Assembly: GCA_965116025.1 (NCBI GenBank)
Contig: OZ220480.1
Coordinates: forward strand, 832,001 to 896,000
Direction: 5' to 3'
DNA: 64,000 bases
From: an uncultured candidatus Porisulfidus sp.
GTDB lineage: Bacteria > Pseudomonadota > Gammaproteobacteria > Poriferisulfidales > Poriferisulfidaceae
The position numbers and the translations under genes are program-made. This document shows, piece by piece, positions 18,663 to 26,638 of this stretch. Under the pieces are notes generated by a model. That model saw only the letters and a list, made by a program, of their open reading frames with translations, searched no databases and had not been told where the DNA came from. Every line of letters starts with the position of its first letter. The stretch's first letter is position 1.

Positions 18663-20375
18663 ATGATCACGCAAGTCACCATAGAAAACTTCAAGCGCTT
18701 TGAGCATCAGAAATTCCTGCTCGAACCCGTGACGGTGCTGGCTGGGCAAAACAATTCAGGCAAGACGACGCTCATTCAGGCGCTTTCCTCGTGGGCCTTT
18801 GCCCTAGATCGCTGGCGCTTCGGTCGAGGCGCGCCAATCATTCGCGGCGATGCCCGCGCGAGCTACCGGCCCGGACAGCCAATCACTCGCAAAGACTTTA
18901 CGCCGCTACCGCTCAGCCATTTCAACCTGCTATGGAACGAACGGACGACCAGCTGGCGTAACAAGGATCGACATGGAGGAAGCGAAAGAAAAGCCGGTCG
19001 CCCCCGTCCAATCCATATTCGGGTCGAAGGACAGTCGGATAAGAACGTGTCTTGGGGGCTCACCATCGAGTTCCGCTATCAGGGACCGGAGCAGATTTAC
19101 GCCAATCCGCTTGATTACAACGATTTGGAGGATGACTCCGTTTTGCCCGGCGTTATGCATTGTCCCGCTTTTTCCGGCATCGGCGCGGAGGAGCCTCGCT
19201 TCGACCCAGGATATCGGAATCTGCGCATCGGAGAGGGTAAGCCCGGTGATGTTCTGCGCAACCTGCTTCTCGATATCGCCGAGAACGAAGATGCTTGGAA
19301 CGCGCTGACGGAGGATATAGAAAAGCTGTTCGAAATTCAGTTGAAAAAACCTGCATACGACTCGGCCCAGCCATTCATTCTTTGTGAATATAAAGAGCGA
19401 GGCGCTTCTTATGATCTCGCCTCGGCCGGAAGTGGATTCCACCAGACGTTGCTCCTGTTCGCCTTCATCTACGGTCGCGAGAGTGAGGTTTTGCTGGTGG
19501 ACGAGCCGGATGCCCATCTCCATGTCTGGCTCCAAACGCGGGTATTCGACCGCTTGCGCGCGCTTGCCATGGATCGTGGCCGGCAACTAATTCTCGCCAC
19601 GCATGCGGAAACCATCCTAGAAGCGGCGAACCCCAATCAAATCTTGTCTTTCGCGGGTTCGCCGCACATCTTGGCCCATCAGCAAGATCGCAAGGCTCTT
19701 AGAACGGTTATTCGGAACGTTTCGCCGCTTGATCTGCTATTGGCTGAGCAGGGGCGCGCCGTCCTCTATTGCGAGGATATGTCGGATTGGCGCATCCTCG
19801 AAGCATGGGCGAAGCGACTGAACCATCCTGCGGAGAAATTCTTTGAAAATCCATTCGTCCACACGCTTCAGGGCCATCGTCCGAGCGACGCTCGACACCA
19901 TCTATTCGGCCTACGCGCCATTGATGAAGACGTGCGCGGACTCCTGTTGCTCGATCGAGACAATCGCGACGTAGATGAGCATGATTTTCGTGCTGAAAAT
20001 CTCGATTTCCATCGTTGGAAGCGATACGAAATCGAGAACTATCTTCTTGTGCCATCAGCCATTGAACGCCTGCTTGGGTCGAATGATCTCTTCAACCAAC
20101 CCTTAGTTCGCGAAGCCTTCAACGCTGAATTACCGAGTTCCGTCATCACTGATCCACTTCGCGATATAGAAGCCGTAGTCCGGATTCCAGCGTCCAAAAC
20201 CATTCTCCCAAATATATTTGGCCACCCAAATGCGATGCGATTGTTCAAGGCCGATTACTATCGCATAGCGGAGGTGATGGAACCAGAAGAGATCCATCAC
20301 GAAGTGACCGAGGTGCTCGATAAGATCGCCACCCTTCCGGCTAGCTCGCGCCCTGTTTTTGATCAAAGAGGATGA
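18663..20375 (+). CDS. ABC-type ATPase fused to TOPRIM-like nuclease domain (PARIS/OLD-like)
   Basis: Walker A GQNNSGKT, signature AGSG, Walker B VDEPDAHLH, H-loop ATH; C-terminal YCEDMSD, DRD and EIENY; TATAAT at 18614. Confidence 0.78.
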   Translation: MITQVTIENFKRFEHQKFLLEPVTVLAGQNNSGKTTLIQALSSWAFALDRWRFGRGAPIIRGDARASYRPGQPITRKDFTPLPLSHFNLLWNERTTSWRNKDRHGGSERKAGRPRPIHIRVEGQSDKNVSWGLTIEFRYQGPEQIYANPLDYNDLEDDSVLPGVMHCPAFSGIGAEEPRFDPGYRNLRIGEGKPGDVLRNLLLDIAENEDAWNALTEDIEKLFEIQLKKPAYDSAQPFILCEYKERGASYDLASAGSGFHQTLLLFAFIYGRESEVLLVDEPDAHLHVWLQTRVFDRLRALAMDRGRQLILATHAETILEAANPNQILSFAGSPHILAHQQDRKALRTVIRNVSPLDLLLAEQGRAVLYCEDMSDWRILEAWAKRLNHPAEKFFENPFVHTLQGHRPSDARHHLFGLRAIDEDVRGLLLLDRDNRDVDEHDFRAENLDFHRWKRYEIENYLLVPSAIERLLGSNDLFNQPLVREAFNAELPSSVITDPLRDIEAVVRIPASKTILPNIFGHPNAMRLFKADYYRIAEVMEPEEIHHEVTEVLDKIATLPASSRPVFDQRG

Positions 20376-20497
20376 GCGTTATTTCGCGGGCGAGCGCGCG
20401 GCCTGCCAGAACTCCGAGAGAGCGGAGCGTGAATGAATCCACTCAAGCGTGGTCGCGATTCGCCCGATCAGGCTGGTGGGCGGGAGGCTTCGGGCGC

Positions 20498-20503
20498 TAT
20501 ACT
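20498..20503 (+). promoter_or_regulatory. sigma70-type -10 element for the tRNA gene
   Basis: TATACT about 11 nt upstream of the tRNA 5' end; no clear -35. Confidence 0.45.
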
Positions 20504-20514
20504 GAAATCCGCTC

Positions 20515-20589
20515 GCTCCCTTCGTCTAGCGGTCAGGACATCGCCCTCTCAAGGCGGGAACAGGGGTTCGATTCCCCTAGGGAGCGCCA
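20515..20589 (+). tRNA. tRNA-Glu (anticodon CTC)
   Basis: Acceptor stem GCTCCCT/AGGGAGC, anticodon arm TCGCC-CTCTCAA-GGCGG, T arm AGGGG-TTCGATT-CCCCT, encoded CCA. Confidence 0.96.
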
Positions 20590-20655
20590 AAACCTCGCCA
20601 ATCTCCGCGTCCACGGGATGAATGGCATGGGCCTTTCCGACGAGGAATCGTCCCG

Positions 20656-21411
20656 GTGAGCCGTCCAGCGAGCGAGATTCCGCGCGTCGCCGCCGTGCCG
20701 GACGTGGCTCCGGCCAGCGTATTTGGCCGGCATCGGGATGTTGACGCGCCGGATATCGCGTTGCCGAGAGGCTTTCGCCTGAACGCCCGGCTGAAAATGG
20801 ACGGACTGAAGTTCCTGTCCAACCTCCCCTCCGACAGTTTCCCAGTCGCGTTTCTCGATCCGCAATATCGGGGCGTGCTGGACAAGCTCGGCTACGGAAA
20901 CGAGGGGAAAGAGCGAGGCCGGGCCCGGTGCGCTCTGGAGCAAATGGACGAGAAGACGATCCGCGCGTTCGTCCAGGGCGTGTCGGAAGCGTTGATGCCC
21001 AGCGGCCATCTGTTCCTGTGGGTGGACAAATTCCACCTCTGCACGGGCTTCGCGAATTGGCTGGATGGCACGCGGCTGAGCGTCGTGGACATGCTCACTT
21101 GGTACAAGAAGCGGATCGGCATGGGCTACCGGACACGCCGCGCCAGCGAGCATGTGGTGATTCTGCAGAAGAAGCCGTGCAGGGCGAAAGGGATTTGGAT
21201 GGTCCATACCATCCCGGACGTTTGGCCGGAAGAGGTCAAGCGTGACGGCGGACACGCGCATAGGAAGCCGATAAAGTTGCAAAGCGAATTAATCGCAGCC
21301 GTCTCGAACGCCGGCGACATCGTGATTGATCCGGCGGCAGGAAGCTTCTCCGTGCTGGAAGCATGCAAGTCGCGAGAACGGAATTTTTTGGGTTGCGACC
21401 TGAATGGCTGA
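20656..21411 (+). CDS. orphan site-specific DNA methyltransferase (beta class, DPQY motif); start uncertain
   Basis: FLDPQY, HRKP, IDPAAGS and FLGCDL motifs. Confidence 0.85.
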   Translation: MSRPASEIPRVAAVPDVAPASVFGRHRDVDAPDIALPRGFRLNARLKMDGLKFLSNLPSDSFPVAFLDPQYRGVLDKLGYGNEGKERGRARCALEQMDEKTIRAFVQGVSEALMPSGHLFLWVDKFHLCTGFANWLDGTRLSVVDMLTWYKKRIGMGYRTRRASEHVVILQKKPCRAKGIWMVHTIPDVWPEEVKRDGGHAHRKPIKLQSELIAAVSNAGDIVIDPAAGSFSVLEACKSRERNFLGCDLNG

Positions 21412-21595
21412 TAAACGGAAGCTGGGCCACGCGGAATCGTCAAAATCTTTGATACCAAACCATGAGGCGCGATAGCCTAGTCGGCATGGGCGATGCCGCT
21501 ACGGTCGAGGGCCCCGTGCCTCTACCGCCACTCAGTGCTGTTGGATCCTCTCGTCCAGCATATGGACCGAGCGCAAAGAACTTTTCTTGAGCCTC

Positions 21596-21623
21596 TTGAC
21601 GCACTGAATTTTCCATGCATGAT
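21596..21623 (+). promoter_or_regulatory. candidate sigma70 promoter of the ubiquitin-like operon
   Basis: TTGACG-16 nt-CATGAT; AGGAGA RBS upstream of the ATG at 21720. Confidence 0.4.
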
Positions 21624-21719
21624 AGAGACCATATTACGCACACGCGCCAAAAAAGCTATGTTGGCGAGATCTACAACGACATCAAGTCGTTTGAACTTGA
21701 AAACTAGGAGAACCAAACT

Positions 21720-21968
21720 ATGAATGGTAGAACGGAAATTTATGTGAGCGGCCGAGAACACAAAGTGTCAGGTGATCATGTAACCTACAAGCAGATTGTG
21801 AAAATCTGGAATGATCTGCATCGGACGGAGAACAAACATATCATCGGTACTCCTGGCATAGATTACGAAAATGACGCTAAAGATGAGGACGGAGTTCTCT
21901 TACCAGGCAAGGATGTCAGAGTCAAGGACGGCACGAGTTTCTCAGTCGACCCCGAGCATGTCTCATAA
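21720..21968 (+). CDS. ubiquitin-like (multi-ubiquitin domain) protein
   Basis: IYVSGREHKV...VTYKQIV...LLPGKDVRVKDGTSFSV fits the beta-grasp multi-ubiquitin pattern; overlaps the downstream E1-like gene. Confidence 0.75.
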   Translation: MNGRTEIYVSGREHKVSGDHVTYKQIVKIWNDLHRTENKHIIGTPGIDYENDAKDEDGVLLPGKDVRVKDGTSFSVDPEHVS

Positions 21969-23157
21969 AAACCGCCTCATAGCATTCGGTAATCAGGCAG
22001 GGTTTAGAGTTGAGGACAAATGTGACTCTGTTCGGGCCATCGGGGTTCGTTGCCTTCTTGTCGGAGGTGCTGTTGGAACCTGCAGTATTGAGAAGTCTTG
22101 CGACCAGACGAGTAGGAAACCGAATTCTAGGATAGGTGACGATGTCCATGTGGTAAAGATCACCATTGACAAAGAAAGCGATGGGCTCGTATACCAAGCG
22201 GATGGAACTCCTATTGGGAGTCGCATTAATACAGATGGAAAGACTTGGTCAAACATTTCTGTCAAGAAAGGAGATCCAGATAATCCAGAGGAAGACAAGT
22301 CGGTCTATGATTTGATCCATCGTTATGCGAGACAGATCATCGGCGCGGTTTTTGCGGCTGAGGACACGGACGCTGTGTTGCCCACAGTACCGGGCCCATT
22401 CGAGATACCCAATACTTTTGAGCAACGAGCTGCAGTGGGTCCGATGCATGATCGGGTCCGCGAGCAGCGTGTCGCGATCATTGGTTTGGGTGGAACTGGT
22501 GCATATGTTCTTGACCTCATCGCGAAGATACCTGTGAGGGAAATTCACATTTTGGATCCCGACCATGTTGAATGGCACAATCTCATGCGGGCTCCCGGCG
22601 CACCTGTTGCTGATGAGATCAAGTCGTTGCACAAGGAATGTCCGTTGCCGAAGGTTGATTACTACCATGCCAAGTATGCTGCCTTTCGGAGGGATATTCA
22701 TCCGCATGCTGTTCAAGTAGACAGCACCGCGATGTTCGATGAATTCCTGTCAAAGCATCCTTTGGACTATGCGTTTGTTTGCGTGGATCAAAAGATTGAG
22801 GGGGACTCGTCACGCCAAGATGTTGTTTATCACTCTCTATCTAAAGGAGGCATTCCGTTCATAGATTCGGGCGTAAGTGTCACGTTAGAAGACCATGCCG
22901 TTAGAGGTGCTGTGACGATAAGCGCTCATGATGCGGGTTCCATGGAGTGGAAGAATGTCATTCCAGACGCGAGAGTCGAGGGTGGTGTTCCAGGCTATCG
23001 CAACGTTCAACTGCCGGAAGTGAACGCGCTAGCGGCAACACTCGCAGTGATAGAGTGGCGGCGGCGCACAAAACAGTTTGTTAATGAATCGACTACGATC
23101 CTCCATAAATGTCGGCTCGAAAAACCGAAATTTTTTGAACCTCCTAACACGCAATAG
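21958..23157 (+). CDS. E2-like (DUF6791-like) plus ThiF/E1-like adenylyltransferase fusion
   Basis: GLGGTG, DPDHVEWHNLMR, FVCVD, FIDSG and YRNVQLPEVNALAATLAVIEW motifs; ATG at 21958. Confidence 0.82.
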   Translation: MSHKNRLIAFGNQAGFRVEDKCDSVRAIGVRCLLVGGAVGTCSIEKSCDQTSRKPNSRIGDDVHVVKITIDKESDGLVYQADGTPIGSRINTDGKTWSNISVKKGDPDNPEEDKSVYDLIHRYARQIIGAVFAAEDTDAVLPTVPGPFEIPNTFEQRAAVGPMHDRVREQRVAIIGLGGTGAYVLDLIAKIPVREIHILDPDHVEWHNLMRAPGAPVADEIKSLHKECPLPKVDYYHAKYAAFRRDIHPHAVQVDSTAMFDEFLSKHPLDYAFVCVDQKIEGDSSRQDVVYHSLSKGGIPFIDSGVSVTLEDHAVRGAVTISAHDAGSMEWKNVIPDARVEGGVPGYRNVQLPEVNALAATLAVIEWRRRTKQFVNESTTILHKCRLEKPKFFEPPNTQ

Positions 23158-23580
23158 ATGGTCATGAAAATCCGGCCCATCTTCGTCGAGGTACTTCCCG
23201 ATTTCCCTGCAATCAAAGCCGGTGAGCTTTGGATCAGCCATAAGCACCGGACTGCCAACCTCAGATGCCCCTGTGGTTGTGGTGATTTGACGGTGCTATC
23301 CCTTCACCCTAGTCGTTGGCACGTCCATTTCGATGGGAAGTCCGTTTCCTTGGATGGTCCTACGGGTGGTTCGGTGTGGGCTAATTCCGGATGTGGTAGT
23401 CATTACGTCATACGGAGTAACAAAGTGATTTTTTTGGATAAGATTGATCCGAGTCGGCACCCAGAGTATGTGGAGACTGAAAGGGTTCGCCTGTTTGAAG
23501 CCAAAACAAGCCGTGAGATTTTTCCTTCAAGAATCAGGCACGTATGGCACGGTTTGTTATCACGAATCTGGTGTAAGTGA
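23158..23580 (+). CDS. DUF6527 family protein
   Basis: LWIS...CPCGCG...W...FDGKSVSL...CGSHYVI pattern; start directly follows the E1 stop. Confidence 0.82.
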   Translation: MVMKIRPIFVEVLPDFPAIKAGELWISHKHRTANLRCPCGCGDLTVLSLHPSRWHVHFDGKSVSLDGPTGGSVWANSGCGSHYVIRSNKVIFLDKIDPSRHPEYVETERVRLFEAKTSREIFPSRIRHVWHGLLSRIWCK

Positions 23581-23668
23581 AGCTTGGTATTCTGATTTAT
23601 TCCAGTAGATTTTCATGTCCAATAATAGGATATTGGGGCTTGTTCCCGATTTCCGAACTACCAGAGTA

Positions 23669-24933
23669 CCCAGTTTCAACTTTCAAGTGCAACACCATTG
23701 TAACCCGGTGGAGAGCGGCAGGATGACGAAGAGGATCGGGGGAAGCCGGCGACAGTCGGCCGCGTTCCGTCCGGGGAAGGCCGGCCTTCCCCGGACGAAT
23801 CATCACCGCGCCAACCTGCCCCCTCGGATTTACAGAAGCCGAGACATCTCCTCTCGCCAGGCCCGAACCACCTCCGACTCCGCGCCGAAAAACGCCTCGT
23901 TCGGCGTGCGCCATCCCAAGCAGCGCCGAGGCCGGTTGTTCAGGCGGTCCTCCACCGCCCGCGCCTCCTCCTCCGAGATCGTGTCGAAGCGCCGCGACTT
24001 CGGGAAATACTGCCGGATCAGCCCGTTCGCGTTCTCATTGCTCCCGCGCTGCCAAGAGGAATACGGATCCGCGAAGTAAAACCTCGCTCCCAAGCGGCGC
24101 GCCACCCGCCGGTGATCCATGAACTCGGTTCCATTGTCCGAGGTCAAGGTCAGAACCCGGTCCTTCAACGGCGCCAGCATGCCGATGATCGCGTCCGCCA
24201 CCGCGCGCGCCGAGCGCCGGGGCAACCGCTTGAAGCGCACCAGCCGCGATTTGCGCTCGAGCAGCGACGCCAGAACCCCACTGCCCCGCCGTCCGATCAC
24301 CGTGTCCGCTTCCCAGTCTCCCAGCCGCGAGCGCGTCTCCACCACCTCCGGACGCTCCTGGATCGGCACTCGCCCCGGAATGCGCGACCGGCCCTTCCCG
24401 CGCCCATACCGCCGACGCCGGCGGTGGCCTTGCCGCAAATGCAGATACAGGTCGCCGCCCCCCCGCCGCCGATCCGCCCATACCCAGCGGTAGATGAGCT
24501 CGTGGCTCACCTTCGCCAAGCCCTCCTTGTCCAGCCACGCGCTGATTTGCTGCGGGCTCCAGCCCTGCTTCAGCAGCTTCTTGACCCGCCTCCACACCGC
24601 CGGCGAGACCCGCCGCCGAGCCCGCTTCTGGCGGCGCTCTTTCGCCTTTCGGCACGCCAGCTCGGCCCGGTATCGTCCGCTCCGAGCGTCGGCGTTCCGC
24701 TTCAGCTCGCGGCGCACCGTGCCGCGGTCGACGCCGATCCTTCGCGCCACCTCCGCCTGGCTCATGTCGAGGCCCCGCAGCGCCTCGATCTGGTAACGTT
24801 GGGTCTCGGTGAGTTGCGTGTAACTTCTCATAAGCGCCTCTCTCGGGGGCGGTTTTTGACAATGAGACCTTACCGCGACTCATCGCCTACACCGCCATTC
24901 TTCGGAGTGTTGCACTTGAAAGTTGAAACCGGG
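23669..24933 (-). mobile_element. IS30 family insertion sequence
   Basis: 27-bp terminal inverted repeats matching at 26/27 (23669-23695 and 24907-24933) flank the transposase. Confidence 0.93.
23830..24831 (-). CDS. IS30 family transposase
   Basis: N-terminal HTH; GDWEADT, SDNGTEF, PYSSWQRGSNENANG and LNNRPR motifs. Confidence 0.95.
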   Translation of the reverse strand: MRSYTQLTETQRYQIEALRGLDMSQAEVARRIGVDRGTVRRELKRNADARSGRYRAELACRKAKERRQKRARRRVSPAVWRRVKKLLKQGWSPQQISAWLDKEGLAKVSHELIYRWVWADRRRGGGDLYLHLRQGHRRRRRYGRGKGRSRIPGRVPIQERPEVVETRSRLGDWEADTVIGRRGSGVLASLLERKSRLVRFKRLPRRSARAVADAIIGMLAPLKDRVLTLTSDNGTEFMDHRRVARRLGARFYFADPYSSWQRGSNENANGLIRQYFPKSRRFDTISEEEARAVEDRLNNRPRRCLGWRTPNEAFFGAESEVVRAWREEMSRLL

Positions 24934-25615
24934 GTGGCATTGTGGGGTTTGATGCCAAAACAGCAAAAGCCTGCCAATGACCAGTTTGGCAGCACGATTA
25001 ATCTAGTCTCATAAGTGGACAGATGGATACTCGTAGGTTGCTTTTGCTTCCCAACCATGCTGGTACACTCGGAGGCAACAATATTTGCATCAGCTTGCTC
25101 TTGCTACAGCTTCTCCTGCTTCTCCGGCGGTGGGCTTCAGGTATTCTTAGCCGCGTCTCGAAACTCCAAGTTCGGGTTTTGGCAGGATCATGATTCCACC
25201 GATACCCACGGTATTGTGAAGGAACCGGCTGTTCTCAGTCATTCGGAACAACTCGACTATGCTTGATTTGGGGTGGCTCCGTGGTCACTCCGTACAGCCG
25301 AAGGCTGAACCACTTCACGCTTGCAGGGTAAGGGATAGGTCTGCTCGCTACACGGGTGTTCTTCAGCGTGGTCGCCAACACGCCCAGGTCGCGGCGCGAA
25401 TAATCCTGGCCGCCCCACACGAGCCGGGAGTTATTCCAAAGCCGCGCATCTGTGGCGTTCCGCCGTAGACGCTCACAGGCCACCGACAGAGTCCGTTGAG
25501 GCGGGTCGGCGGTGGAACGCTGCTGGGCGGCAGTGGGAGGGCGTGGTGGTAGTCACGCGCGCGTGTTCCGGAAAGCGGACAAATGGCGTGTGGTGCCTCC
25601 TCGTATAATGCGGGA

Positions 25616-26251
25616 ATGGACGGGGAAGTCAGCGGGTGGATCTATTGGGCTAGGGAGGCGTTCCTAGTATTTGGGGTATTTATGATTTTAGTTGGGGCTT
25701 ATGCGTTGTTGTGGAAAGGGTTGGCAAAGTTGTTTGATATGGCGGGCATAGACGGGAAGGGGATCAACGCAGTGCTGAAGGTGACGCGAGGGAAATTGAT
25801 TACGGGCGGAGTGATCGTTGGGTTGCTATTGTTGGCTGAGTGGGTGGGCTGGCACGAGACTCAGACCGCCATGGGTGTGTCTGCCACCGCCATGGGTATG
25901 TTTGCCATGGCTATGCTTGCGTGGTTTGGCACTGCGGTCTTTGGCACGAACATCATGCTTAGAAAGTTGTGGGGTAGAGTCAAGGTGGGCATTGGTCGGA
26001 TTAATGATCGGTTATGGATAGCAGGGGCGTTGTTACTTGCGGTGCCCGTGGTTTATATAGCCGAAGAAAGTCTGCCGTCTGGGGGCGCGAAAGGACGTGA
26101 TCCCTTTTACTCGTTAGGCCGCGAAGAGGCTCGTTGTGGCCGGCCAGCACACTTGGCCGAGCGAATTATGGGGTATAGGAAAGCCGGAGGCATGACTAAA
26201 TCTGAGGCGAAGAAGTACGCCAAAGGCTGGAAAGACAAGTGCGCGAAGTAG
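25616..26251 (+). CDS. hypothetical membrane protein
   Basis: About four TM segments; TATAAT at 25604-25609, 6 nt before the ATG, so possibly leaderless. Confidence 0.55.
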   Translation: MDGEVSGWIYWAREAFLVFGVFMILVGAYALLWKGLAKLFDMAGIDGKGINAVLKVTRGKLITGGVIVGLLLLAEWVGWHETQTAMGVSATAMGMFAMAMLAWFGTAVFGTNIMLRKLWGRVKVGIGRINDRLWIAGALLLAVPVVYIAEESLPSGGAKGRDPFYSLGREEARCGRPAHLAERIMGYRKAGGMTKSEAKKYAKGWKDKCAK

Positions 26252-26332
26252 GCGAATAGCCGCGTTCCCCGTTCGGTGGGATTTCCCTAATCGGTGGAAT
26301 GGGCCGGGTCCCAGCGGTGTCCATAGAAAGAG

Positions 26333-26351
26333 CCCCCCCCCCCCCCCCCCC
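26333..26351. repeat. poly-C homopolymer (19 nt)
   Basis: Directly visible C19 run in intergenic DNA. Confidence 0.9.
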
Positions 26352-26554
26352 GTTGGGGCAAACGCGGTGGGCTGAACAAAAATTTAAGGTCGGGGGCGGA
26401 CGGGACGTACAAGCCGAAGCTTGAGATGGCTCACGACTTCGGGAAGCTGGAACTCTGTTTGTGGCCTTCTCCGATTTGGCGAAATCCTCGCTCTATGGCA
26501 TATTACGCGCCTAGCGGGTTGGCGACGGGTGCTTTCGGGCCGCCTGCCCCTACG

Positions 26555-26574
26555 ACCGCTCCGGCGGTTTTTTT
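26555..26574 (+). terminator. terminator-like hairpin in the sgaA leader
   Basis: ACCGC-TCCG-GCGGT followed by TTTTTT, about 65 nt upstream of sgaA; the stem is short. Confidence 0.4.
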
Positions 26575-26638
26575 ATGATGGCGCGGGGCCAGGGCGGCCG
26601 CGCGCGCGGCTTCATTCACCAACGAAAAGGATTTCCTT

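Noticed and set aside
20372-20659. ORFs spanning the tRNA region
   Set aside because: They overlap a clear tRNA cloverleaf and are spurious translations.
23660-24940. Target-site duplication for IS30
   Set aside because: A GT dinucleotide is offset by one base on the left side, so there is no clean duplication to claim.
24934-25560. Minus-strand peptide fragments (WNNSRLVWGG...YRGYRWNHD) suggesting a decayed gene or a group II intron relic
   Set aside because: Interrupted by stops, with no RT motif or intron domain V recognised; could not be assigned.
26252-26332. Possible attR copy of the tRNA-Glu 3' end closing the island
   Set aside because: Only a few bases (TTCCC-like) are shared; not a real duplication.
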